Source: a virus
Virus record (IMG/VR): IMGVR_UViG_3300025410_000016
Span: 18,210-82,209 of that record
Reading direction: 5' to 3' (one strand)
DNA: 64,000 nucleotides
Shown: positions 1-8,127 of the stretch, in pieces
How positions within the stretch are numbered: the first letter of the stretch is position 1
Layout: each line of letters begins with the position of its first letter
The notes under the pieces: generated by a model
The model's database searches: none
What the model saw: the letters and a program-made list of their open reading frames with translations, nothing else
Told to the model about the DNA's origin: nothing
Position numbers and translations under genes: made by a program

Positions 1-1
1 A

Positions 2-472
2 TCACGCCTCCTCTTCACTAGGCATCGCAAGCGCAGCGGCAAGAGCCTGGCGGACCACCTGTTGCGCCTCCCGGTAAGCATCCTCCGTGAAATCGGGGTC
101 GCCGAAGAGGTCGCCACAGATGACAGGGAGTGCCCGATCTACCATGTCGTTGGTGACCTGATCGACCGGCTTTAGCCATACGCGCCAGCCGTCGCTCCAC
201 TCCAAGTTCGTTGCCGGGCCGCGGTAGAGCACCACCTCCTCGGCGAGCGCATTGGTGTCGTCGTTGTCGATCCAGTCACCAATCAAGCACCGGCCGGCGT
301 CGATCAGTTCGTGTTCGTGGTTCCCGACCTCGAACTCCTCACACTCCTCGGGACAGTCGAGACGGCAGCCGGCTCCCTCCTTCGCCTTGCACTCAACCGT
401 CAGCGACGCTCCCCACCGGTCAACCGTGACGGTGAAGACGTGGTCCCTGAGCATTGCCTCGTGAGCGTTCAC
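2..472 (-). CDS. hypothetical phage protein
   Basis: 156-aa ORF, start overlaps stop of upstream minus-strand gene. Confidence 0.6.
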   Translation of the reverse strand: MNAHEAMLRDHVFTVTVDRWGASLTVECKAKEGAGCRLDCPEECEEFEVGNHEHELIDAGRCLIGDWIDNDDTNALAEEVVLYRGPATNLEWSDGWRVWLKPVDQVTNDMVDRALPVICGDLFGDPDFTEDAYREAQQVVRQALAAALAMPSEEEA

Positions 473-825
473 TCTGCCGCCTCAAGTGCCTCGACCAAGA
501 TGGCGAGGGCCTCAAGTTCTTGCGCGGTCGTGCCACTGCTTGCGCGACTGTGCGACCGGTACACCTCCGCCGCATCGTAGCGACGACGCAACTCCTTGAT
601 CTGTCCCGGCGTCATCTCCATGGTGACGGGCTTGGTGACGGGCTTGAGATTGTTGGCGTCGTTGATTGCGATGCCTCCGTCATGGTACTGGTAAGCAACA
701 TCTGCGTAGTTCCTGACAGACGGTCCCAAGACGGTGACGGTGAACGCACCAACCCTGCGCTGCTCGCCTTTCGTGAACGTAATGCCGCCAGCGGTGAACG
801 TGTCGGGCTTGGTGGTGTCAGACAT
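469..825 (-). CDS. hypothetical phage protein
   Basis: 118-aa ORF in a tightly packed minus-strand operon. Confidence 0.6.
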   Translation of the reverse strand: MSDTTKPDTFTAGGITFTKGEQRRVGAFTVTVLGPSVRNYADVAYQYHDGGIAINDANNLKPVTKPVTMEMTPGQIKELRRRYDAAEVYRSHSRASSGTTAQELEALAILVEALEAAE

Positions 826-1255
826 TGGGGTTCTCCCCCTCTTCTGCGCCCTTGGCTAACTCATGCAGGCTGGGCGGGCAGATCCATTCGACTTTCTCAG
901 TGACAACGGTCCGCTTGATTTTGGGAAGTGCGGCGACTGCTTTCGGGTCTGGTTCTTCGACCTGAATCTCTTCTGACCCCACCACTACCCGCTGGCAGAT
1001 GTTGTCCCGTCGAGTGAAGAGTTGGAAGCGATGCGGACCAAACTTCCTAGAGACGTTGTACCAAGTGTCATCAGAAGACTTGGCACTAGGACCAAGTTGC
1101 AACGCCAATGCGGCGAACTGCGTCGGGTCGTCTGGTCCAAAGTTGTACACAGTCAACCCGCAACCTTCGATGAGGTCGGGGTGCTGTTCAAGATGATCAG
1201 TGAGTTCCCGCAACCCGTCGATGTACGACTGCTGGTAGTCATCGAGTTTGGTCAT
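818..1255 (-). CDS. hypothetical phage protein
   Basis: 145-aa ORF with AAGGGAG RBS and ATGA overlap. Confidence 0.65.
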   Translation of the reverse strand: MTKLDDYQQSYIDGLRELTDHLEQHPDLIEGCGLTVYNFGPDDPTQFAALALQLGPSAKSSDDTWYNVSRKFGPHRFQLFTRRDNICQRVVVGSEEIQVEEPDPKAVAALPKIKRTVVTEKVEWICPPSLHELAKGAEEGENPNV

Positions 1256-1536
1256 TGCTGTCTCCCTTGTGTTCGGTGCTGCTGTCGGACCTCTGAACTT
1301 CGATCATCATCCGGCAAAGGGTCGGGCCTGGCAAACCCTCGCATCGCCAGATTCCACGCCTGCATGTAGAGCCGCCAGTTCGGGGTGCGGAGGTTGCATT
1401 CTTGCGCCAAAGCGTTGAGGCATGCCTGCTCTTCCGAGTGGTCACCACGGAAGTCGGACAGGATCGTCATCTTCGAGATGGCATCGGCGGTGCGCTCGAT
1501 CAAGCGCCGGTCAGGCAGGGAGGCTAGGTCGCTCAC
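1252..1536 (-). CDS. hypothetical phage protein
   Basis: 94-aa ORF coupled to ardC by GTGA overlap. Confidence 0.6.
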   Translation of the reverse strand: MSDLASLPDRRLIERTADAISKMTILSDFRGDHSEEQACLNALAQECNLRTPNWRLYMQAWNLAMRGFARPDPLPDDDRSSEVRQQHRTQGRQQ

Positions 1537-2429
1537 TCCTCCACCTCCTCTTCCTCATTGATCCCCAGGATCAGGTCGGCAGCCTTCTGTGCCTGCCCTG
1601 CAGCCCACACCACGATCTTGGGGTCGTCGGCGATGGACTTACGCCACCCGGCGATGTAGGCAGCGGAGTTGTCGAGCGTAGTCGGGAGTACCCCAACGTG
1701 CCCGCAGAGGAAGGCGGCGGTGAACTCGGCGACCAACTCCTCTCGGGAGTAGTTGGCATCTCCGAACCGCCCGGCCTCGCTCAACGTCTTTCGGTTGAGT
1801 CGCTTCTCCGCGCCGGTCGAGTGGCCGAGTTCGTGGAAGACGGTCGAGTAGAACTCGCCGCTCCCGGTGAAGGAGGTAAAGTGCGGGAGGCGCACCTCGT
1901 CGGTGGCGATGTTGTAGTAGGCCCGGTCGCCTCCGTAGGTGAGGGTCGGTCCACCGTCTTCCAAGTAGCGATTGATCAAGGTGGCTGCACCCGCGTCCAC
2001 CTCAAAGTCGGTGCGTTGGGCGGGCGTCTCCCACGTCGGAGCCTTGCCCTCCTCCCAATCGGCCTGACCGCTGTTGAAGAGCGTGAAGCCCCGCAGCAGC
2101 GGGATCTTCTTGATAGTGCCGTCCTCCTGCTCCTTCTCGATGATGGAGAAGTAGACCGCATACGTGCCCTTCTCACCCTTGCGGACCTGTCCACCAAGAG
2201 TGGTGATCTGCTTGTAGGTGCCCCACCACGGGGACTCGTAGTTGCACACCTCGGCGGTGAGCGACAGCATCAACTGATTGATGCCCCGGTAAGGCTTTTT
2301 GGTGGAGAGGGACTGAGCGACGTAGCCGGTGGCGATCCAAGGCTTGCGCCACGGCGCAGTCCCCTGATCCAGCGCGGCGATGATCGTCTCGGCGATCCGT
2401 TCGTACCCGTTGCGGTGATCGGTCTTCAT
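1533..2429 (-). CDS. ardC: ArdC-like antirestriction protein (ssDNA-binding plus zincin-like domain)
   Basis: PWRKPW, YRGINQLML, WGTYKQ...GGQVRKGEKG, HELGHSTG and YSREELVAE motifs typical of ArdC/DUF1738. Confidence 0.9.
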   Translation of the reverse strand: MKTDHRNGYERIAETIIAALDQGTAPWRKPWIATGYVAQSLSTKKPYRGINQLMLSLTAEVCNYESPWWGTYKQITTLGGQVRKGEKGTYAVYFSIIEKEQEDGTIKKIPLLRGFTLFNSGQADWEEGKAPTWETPAQRTDFEVDAGAATLINRYLEDGGPTLTYGGDRAYYNIATDEVRLPHFTSFTGSGEFYSTVFHELGHSTGAEKRLNRKTLSEAGRFGDANYSREELVAEFTAAFLCGHVGVLPTTLDNSAAYIAGWRKSIADDPKIVVWAAGQAQKAADLILGINEEEEVEE

Positions 2430-2470
2430 TGTTGCCTCCCTTGCCGGCCCCTACCGGCTTCACTGAGTTG

Positions 2471-2499
2471 ATTGTACCGACCAAGGCCGGTGGGATCAA
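2471..2499 (-). promoter_or_regulatory. sigmaA-type promoter for ardC
   Basis: TTGATC-17 bp-TACAAT on minus strand, followed by AAGGGAGG RBS. Confidence 0.65.
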
Positions 2500-2502
2500 C
2501 CG

Positions 2503-2982
2503 CTATTCCCAAATCTGGTGAATGGCGGCACCGCAGTTGCGTCCCGGCGCGTGCTCCCCAATGAATCCCAAGCGGCCAACGCGAGCGATGTGACTCCCGC
2601 TGTGGCCTTGACTGCGGGTGCAGGTGTAACCGTCCTTCTGTTCTCCGCACCAAACCACGCTGTAGTCGGTCGTGCGCTTTTTTGTAAGCGGTGCGGCACA
2701 AATGTTGCAGTCCATGATTCTCTCTTTCATTGTGAATGAGGCGCACGTCGTAACGTCGGGTGCTGCGTCCCGAGGCACCTCGACGGTGGCCGGCGGGAGG
2801 CAGTAGTGCTCGGGGTCGTGCTTATGGTGCCACTCGTTGTGGCGCACCTTGTCCTTCACCACTGCACCACAGGTGTTGCAGATCCCCATCTCCGTGTCGT
2901 ACACCTCCTCGGTGGAAGTGTCGGGGTCCCACGTCGAAGTCTTGACCTCGATGATCTCGTAGGTGTCCGTGTATTCGTTCAT
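2503..2982 (-). CDS. Cys/His-rich hypothetical protein
   Basis: 159-aa ORF with CxxC motifs; internal RBS-like GAAAGAGAG before MDCNIC suggests a second start. Confidence 0.5.
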   Translation of the reverse strand: MNEYTDTYEIIEVKTSTWDPDTSTEEVYDTEMGICNTCGAVVKDKVRHNEWHHKHDPEHYCLPPATVEVPRDAAPDVTTCASFTMKERIMDCNICAAPLTKKRTTDYSVVWCGEQKDGYTCTRSQGHSGSHIARVGRLGFIGEHAPGRNCGAAIHQIWE

Positions 2983-3803
2983 GCTGCCACCTCCACAATC
3001 TCGGCCTTGGTCGGCCGCTTGAAGAAACCGAACGTCTCGTCGTCGTCGCTGCGCTGCACCGTTGCGGTGAACCGCACCACCTGACCCTTCTCAACGTCAA
3101 GGGAGGAAGGAACGGTGCCCCACACTTTGTAGGAACCCTGCTCGGTCATGACCTTGACGAGCATCTTGAATCCCCCGGCGTTGTAGCCGAACGGGCTGGG
3201 CTGCCACTTGACGGTCAGCACCTCACCCTCAACTTGGACCTTGCCCTCGATGACGGGGATAGTGGGCTCGACTGGAGCCTCGCCCTTCTCGGCGTCCTTG
3301 GCGAGTGCCTTGCAGATGGCCTCGAACTGGCGGTCCGAGAGGTTCCCGTACTGGCGACCCTTGCGGAGCACGTCTTGGATGAAGAGGTTGGCGCTGGCGT
3401 CGAGCGCTTCCCAATCGGCCTCGTGGGTCGAGCGGTACTCGTTCCACTCGGTCAGGATGCGCTGGCGCTCCCGGTCGAGTTGAGCAGCCTTCCGCATGCT
3501 CTGGAACTCAGCCGTCGCCCGACCGAACCGGTTGCCGAGGCAGGTCTCGCCAACGTGGATGTGGGTCCCCGTGGGGCGGTGCAGCATCTCGGCCCCGTAG
3601 CGAAGCCCGTGCTGGCCGCAGTGGTCACATCGGGTGAGGTCTTCGCCGTACTGGCCTCCCCAGAGGGTCGAGTCATAGTTGACCTCTTCGGAGAGGCGGA
3701 TCATGGGCCGCTCGGTCTCGGTTCCCAGGTCGTAGAAGCCGATCTCGACGTAGTCCTCGGTGGTGAGGGTGGCCGGGCGGTGGATGTCGGTTCGAGTGGT
3801 CAT
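2979..3803 (-). CDS. hypothetical protein (Zn-binding N-terminus, possible OB-fold C-terminus)
   Basis: 274-aa ORF, CDHC...HVGETC, beta-rich C-terminus ending FFKRPTK; leaderless promoter upstream. Confidence 0.7.
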   Translation of the reverse strand: MTTRTDIHRPATLTTEDYVEIGFYDLGTETERPMIRLSEEVNYDSTLWGGQYGEDLTRCDHCGQHGLRYGAEMLHRPTGTHIHVGETCLGNRFGRATAEFQSMRKAAQLDRERQRILTEWNEYRSTHEADWEALDASANLFIQDVLRKGRQYGNLSDRQFEAICKALAKDAEKGEAPVEPTIPVIEGKVQVEGEVLTVKWQPSPFGYNAGGFKMLVKVMTEQGSYKVWGTVPSSLDVEKGQVVRFTATVQRSDDDETFGFFKRPTKAEIVEVAA

Positions 3804-3809
3804 GTGACC

Positions 3810-3838
3810 AGTGTACGAGAAATGAACCGAGTTGTCAA
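3810..3838 (-). promoter_or_regulatory. leaderless sigmaA-type promoter
   Basis: TTGACA-17 bp-TACACT-6 nt-ATG. Confidence 0.8.
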
Positions 3839-3890
3839 CCCCTACAGGATGACGACATGCACCAGGCGCAGGAGATGTAAGGCGACCATC

Positions 3891-4142
3891 TCCGTCTGCT
3901 CAGCCATTTCCCTCCCCTTTCGCCTCGGTGGTGGGGAACGTCACGACTCCATCCTCGCCGAACTCAGCGTCACACCAATGGCAGTGGATTGGGGGCGAGG
4001 GTCTGCAAGTCGGTTGCAGTACGGGCATCGGTTGACAAAGACGCGAAGCAGCGGCGACAGGACGCCTCCAGTCCTCCAACGGTCACAGAACCAGCACTCC
4101 GTCTGCTCAACCATTCCCCTCCCCCTTCGCCTCGGTGGTGGG
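3891..4142. repeat. imperfect ~45-bp direct repeat at gene junctions (3891-3935 and 4098-4142)
   Basis: tccgtctgctca(g/a)ccatt..cctcccc..tcgcctcggtggtggg twice; spans a gene end plus RBS and ATG. Confidence 0.8.
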
Positions 4143-4532
4143 CAGGAGGGCGACGGCGTTCACCAGATCGTCGTGGGAGTCGTTCCACTCGTCCTGGCCT
4201 GACTGCCAGAGCGACGAGGGCGAGTCAGGGTTGTTGTCCATCCAGATCGCCACAACTCGCCGGGCGGCGTCCGTCACCGCATTGGCGGCGGCGAGGGCGG
4301 CTTCCAGTTCAGCGACTCGGGCCAGCAGGTCGGGGATGTCCTGGCGGGCGTTGGCGATGAACTCGCCGTTGAGGTGGTAAAGGTGCTCGTCACGCACTAC
4401 CAAAGACGGCCCACGGAACGGTTCGCCGTCTGCGTACTTGTGCATCACGCCGAAGGTATCGGTGAACTCCCACGGCCCCGGCGTTGCCGCCTCTGCTCGT
4501 GCTCGGATGGCTTCGGTGACGATGTCGGTCAC
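4107..4532 (-). CDS. Ead/Ea22-like phage protein
   Basis: ARAEAATPGPW...FIANARQDIPDLLARVAELE signature. Confidence 0.65.
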   Translation of the reverse strand: MTDIVTEAIRARAEAATPGPWEFTDTFGVMHKYADGEPFRGPSLVVRDEHLYHLNGEFIANARQDIPDLLARVAELEAALAAANAVTDAARRVVAIWMDNNPDSPSSLWQSGQDEWNDSHDDLVNAVALLPTTEAKGEGNG

Positions 4533-4840
4533 GACTGCTCCTTTAGGGCTGTAGCGAGGGCTTCCTCAAGATTTCGGATCGGCCCAGGCTGCCAGGTGAC
4601 ACGCACCTTCTCCATGTATGCCTCTGCCACCTTGCGGGGAATGGTGATGGTTGGCTCGGGGATGGGGCGAAGTTGGGCGGGATCTGCGGGGCAAACTAGG
4701 TCCTCGCCAACGGCAACCATCAGCCATGAGTCGTGGTCTTCACTTTCATACCCCAGCACCCGGCATTTACCCACAAAGCCCCAATCCCATTCACTTCCGA
4801 TCGGAAACTGCTCTCTGGTGTTAGTAAGGGTTGACACGCA
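4529..4840 (-). CDS. hypothetical protein, paralog of 39234-39530
   Basis: REQFPIGSEW...PIPEPTITIPRKVAE...ALKEQS; probable GTG start after GAGGAG, start approximate. Confidence 0.6.
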   Translation of the reverse strand, partial: CVSTLTNTREQFPIGSEWDWGFVGKCRVLGYESEDHDSWLMVAVGEDLVCPADPAQLRPIPEPTITIPRKVAEAYMEKVRVTWQPGPIRNLEEALATALKEQS

Positions 4841-5064
4841 TCTCCTCCTCCTCTTGGGCGGTGCTGAACGCCTCCGCACAGTCTTCTCGTTCGTTCTCGT
4901 CGTGGTCCGAGATGTCCCTGCCGCAGATGACACAGCGGGTATCGTACTCGATGTCCTCATACTCGATCTCAAAGTGCATTACTTCTCTCCCTCAATCTCG
5001 TAGGCGAGGAGTGCTCGACAGAGACGGTCTGCGATCTGGTAAAGCGCTTGCTTGGCTGCTTCGC

Positions 5065-5790
5065 TCATGCCCCCTCTGGCTTGTGTGCTCGGATCTTGCC
5101 CCGACTGGTTACCGCAACCCAGCGTCCACACTCGCACCGAGTAGATCCACCGTAGGGGTGGCTGGCCGAGTAGGTCCCCGAGAACTGGCATTGCGCCGCC
5201 TTCTTGGCTGCCTTCGCCAACTCCTCGCCGTTGGTGTACTCGACCGGAGCGGAGGGGAAGCAAACCGTGCAGAGCCATGCCCCGTGGGCGGCGACCGCGT
5301 CGGCCTCGGTGAGCCCGCTCAGGTCGGTGAGCCACATGAACGTGGTCGGGCTCTGACCCTTATTGCAGGACGAGCAGTCGGTGGACGAGTGGATGTGTCC
5401 ACCGGGGACGAGGTAGAACCGGCTCCACCCCTCGTAGCGGGCGTCGGCGTCTTGGTAGGCGTCAAACTTGGCCGCTACCGTAGCCTTGGCGGTGTCGTAA
5501 GCGGCAAGCGCATTGGCTACATCGATGAGTCGGTAGGTGGAGAAGAAGCCACTGTCGACCCGGCTCCGCACCTCGTCGATGGAGTAGTTGGTCTCGGTGC
5601 CGTTTTCGTTCTTGAAGAAGTACCTCGTCTCGCCGTAGCCGCTGTAATCGGCAACGGGGTTGACGGCGTAGCGGATCTTGTCGCTTGCCCGCTTCGCGGC
5701 ATGCACGGCATCGTCAAAAGCCACGTAAGCCTTGACGATTGCTGCGTCGATGGTGGATTCCCGCTCGTTGATCTTGGAAGTAGTGGTCAT
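5065..5790 (-). CDS. hypothetical Zn-binding phage protein
   Basis: 241-aa ORF with GHIHSSTDCSSC and LCTVCFPSAP motifs; leaderless promoter. Confidence 0.7.
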   Translation of the reverse strand: MTTTSKINERESTIDAAIVKAYVAFDDAVHAAKRASDKIRYAVNPVADYSGYGETRYFFKNENGTETNYSIDEVRSRVDSGFFSTYRLIDVANALAAYDTAKATVAAKFDAYQDADARYEGWSRFYLVPGGHIHSSTDCSSCNKGQSPTTFMWLTDLSGLTEADAVAAHGAWLCTVCFPSAPVEYTNGEELAKAAKKAAQCQFSGTYSASHPYGGSTRCECGRWVAVTSRGKIRAHKPEGA

Positions 5791-5796
5791 GGGTCC

Positions 5797-5825
5797 AGCG
5801 TACGAGAAATGAACCGAGTGGTCAA
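5797..5825 (-). promoter_or_regulatory. leaderless sigmaA-type promoter
   Basis: TTGACC-17 bp-TACGCT-6 nt-ATG; spacer identical to the 3810-3838 promoter. Confidence 0.8.
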
Positions 5826-5855
5826 CCTATGTCCACAATGCCTTCTCTAAACTTG

Positions 5856-5882
5856 AGGCAGCCGCTTCGGGTGGCTGCTTTT
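5856..5882 (+). terminator. terminator-like hairpin just upstream of the endolysin
   Basis: GGCAGCCGC-TTCGG-GTGGCTGCT followed by a short T run. Confidence 0.45.
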
Positions 5883-5899
5883 CCACCTTAGGAGACTTG

Positions 5900-6697
5900 A
5901 TGGCGATTCTTACTTGCTACGACGCTGCGTATCCGCTGGCGAACCCGCCTGCTACCGATGTCGTGCTCATCTACTCGGGCGGCAACGCTACTCATATTTG
6001 GACTGCTGCGGAGATTGCTGCACAGAAGGCTCGCTTCCGTCTCCCCTGTTGGGTGCGCTCGAACCCGGTGCAAGCCAATTCCGTGTTGGATGCAAACGCA
6101 ATGGTCGCATGGTTGCATGCCCACAAGGTTCCCGCTGGGGTGGCTACGGTCCTCGACCTTGAGACGGCCGTCGCCCCCGCCTACGTGAACTCCTACGCTT
6201 CGATTTTGCATGCAGCCGGATACAGGGTTCTCCCCTACGGCTCGACCTCAACGCTGTTCAATAACCCCAAGTGTGACGGCTACTTCTCTGCTGAGCCGGG
6301 CGCTAAGTCGATTGATGCTCGTTGCGTTGCGACGCAGTACGGGTACGAAGGCACCTACGACCTTTCATGGATTGAGGACACCGTGTCATTATGGGATACC
6401 GCTCCACCTGCGCCGAAGCCGAAGCCGAAGCCACTGCCTGCCCCCACGACTCCGATTACCGTTCACATTGTCGGTGCGACTGAGGCGGCGGAACCTGGCG
6501 TGACGAGGGCCGTGCAGTCGCTCTTGCTGGCGAAGTTCAACTACGACCTTGGAACGACCGGTCCGCACAAGAACGGCATCGATGGGGTTTTTGGTGCCAA
6601 GACCGAAGCAGCCGTGAAGGCGTTTCAGACTGCCCACAAGATTGCCCCTAATGGATTAGTGACCAACACCACTTGGGTTGCTCTGTTGGAGGCATGA
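5900..6697 (+). CDS. endolysin (GH25-like muramidase plus PG-binding domain)
   Basis: VLDLET DxE motif, Pro/Lys linker, C-terminal DGVFGAKTEAAVKAFQ...NGLV...TW (PG_binding_1). Confidence 0.85.
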   Translation: MAILTCYDAAYPLANPPATDVVLIYSGGNATHIWTAAEIAAQKARFRLPCWVRSNPVQANSVLDANAMVAWLHAHKVPAGVATVLDLETAVAPAYVNSYASILHAAGYRVLPYGSTSTLFNNPKCDGYFSAEPGAKSIDARCVATQYGYEGTYDLSWIEDTVSLWDTAPPAPKPKPKPLPAPTTPITVHIVGATEAAEPGVTRAVQSLLLAKFNYDLGTTGPHKNGIDGVFGAKTEAAVKAFQTAHKIAPNGLVTNTTWVALLEA

Positions 6698-6698
6698 G

Positions 6699-7085
6699 AT
6701 GGCGGAAGACCAAGGTAGTGAGCACGCGTCGATTAGGGATGTCTACGAACTCGTAGACCGAAGCCGCAAAGAAACCACCGAACAAATTGGTGCGCTTTCT
6801 GAGCGCTTCGAGACGTTTGCCCAGGCGAATGAGCACCGTCTCTCCGTTGTAGAAACTCATCAGGCAGCCCAAGCGCAGCAGATGTCCGAAGTCTCCTCTC
6901 GGCTCGACAAGCACAACATTGACATTGGCAATTTGAAGGAATCTCAAAAGGCCAGTGCCGCCGCTGACGCTGCGATTGAGGAGAAGAGCAGGACGGATTC
7001 TAATCGCCACATTGCCCTAACGGGCGCTGCAGCCGCGATTGCTGCAGCGCTGGCGACCCTCTTCAATCGCATCCACTTTCACTAA
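6699..7085 (+). CDS. coiled-coil protein with C-terminal hydrophobic helix (lysis-associated?)
   Basis: follows endolysin; C-terminal IALTGAAAAIAAALATLF. Confidence 0.6.
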   Translation: MAEDQGSEHASIRDVYELVDRSRKETTEQIGALSERFETFAQANEHRLSVVETHQAAQAQQMSEVSSRLDKHNIDIGNLKESQKASAAADAAIEEKSRTDSNRHIALTGAAAAIAAALATLFNRIHFH

Positions 7086-7116
7086 CCGCACGACCCCAAA
7101 GAGAAGGGCGGGTCAA

Positions 7117-7764
7117 GTGTCGAGTGTCGCCATCCTTGTGCCGATCCTCAATCGTCCGCATCGCATCGAGCCTTTGTTGCAATCCATTGCAGACTCGACC
7201 ACCTTGCCGCACCGTGTCGTGTTCGCTGCAAGCGATCAGCCGAGCATTGACGAACTGACCAGACTCGGTGCGTCATTCATTACCGATGAGGGCGGGGACG
7301 AGGGATCTTACCCGAGGCGGATCAACCGGCTCTACGCAGAGACGACCGATCCCTACCTCCTCCTTGCAGCCGACGACTTAGCGTTCCGTCCGCAGTGGCT
7401 CGAAGAGGCCATGAAGGTCATGGAAACGCTTGACGGTGTCGTGGCGTTGAATGATCAGTACAACCCGGCCGGTGTCCACTTCCTCGTGAGCCGCAACTAC
7501 ATCGAGACGTTCGGTGGTTGCATGGACGATTCAGGTGTCGTGCTCCATGAAGGCTACCGGCACGCCTACTGCGACGATGAGTTCCGTGCGACGGCTCGTG
7601 CTCGTGGGAAGTGGGCTCTCGCCCATTCCGCAGTGATTGAACATCTCCATGTTGGCGCAGGCAAAGCCCCGATGGATGAGACTTACCGCATTGGCGAAGC
7701 CGCCATGCCCCATGACTTTGGCGTCTTCATGTCACGCGCCCACCTCTGGAACACAGGAGATTAG
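7117..7764 (+). CDS. GT-A/GT2 family glycosyltransferase
   Basis: VAILVPILNRP N-terminal strand, LLAADD (DxD-like), YCDDE, C-terminal EHLH. Confidence 0.85.
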   Translation: MSSVAILVPILNRPHRIEPLLQSIADSTTLPHRVVFAASDQPSIDELTRLGASFITDEGGDEGSYPRRINRLYAETTDPYLLLAADDLAFRPQWLEEAMKVMETLDGVVALNDQYNPAGVHFLVSRNYIETFGGCMDDSGVVLHEGYRHAYCDDEFRATARARGKWALAHSAVIEHLHVGAGKAPMDETYRIGEAAMPHDFGVFMSRAHLWNTGD

Positions 7765-8127
7765 ATGGCGACGATCACTCAACTCCCCGCTCCCCTGACG
7801 CTGAACGCTGTCGCAGGGAACCCGGCCATCTTGACGTTCGCCTTGACGGCGACTGACTCGTCTGGCAACCCGATCCCCTGGTCGTCGATCACGAACTACG
7901 CGATGAACGTCTACGACCAGTACGGCAACGTCCTCACTGCGGCCACGCCAACGGTGACCTCTCCCTCGTCGGGGAACGTGACCGTGACGTGGAGCGCTGC
8001 ACAGACCTCCGTGCTCGGCCAGCACCAGCAAGCCCGCATGGCGTTCTCTGTCTACATCAACGGCGTTGGTCCCTACACCCTCGCATCTGGCCAGATCGTG
8101 ATGACCCCGGAGGCGTACCCCTCGTGA
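7765..8127 (+). CDS. small beta-rich virion protein (possible appendage attachment)
   Basis: 120-aa Thr/Ser-rich ORF, GTGA-coupled to giant fibre gene. Confidence 0.6.
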   Translation: MATITQLPAPLTLNAVAGNPAILTFALTATDSSGNPIPWSSITNYAMNVYDQYGNVLTAATPTVTSPSSGNVTVTWSAAQTSVLGQHQQARMAFSVYINGVGPYTLASGQIVMTPEAYPS

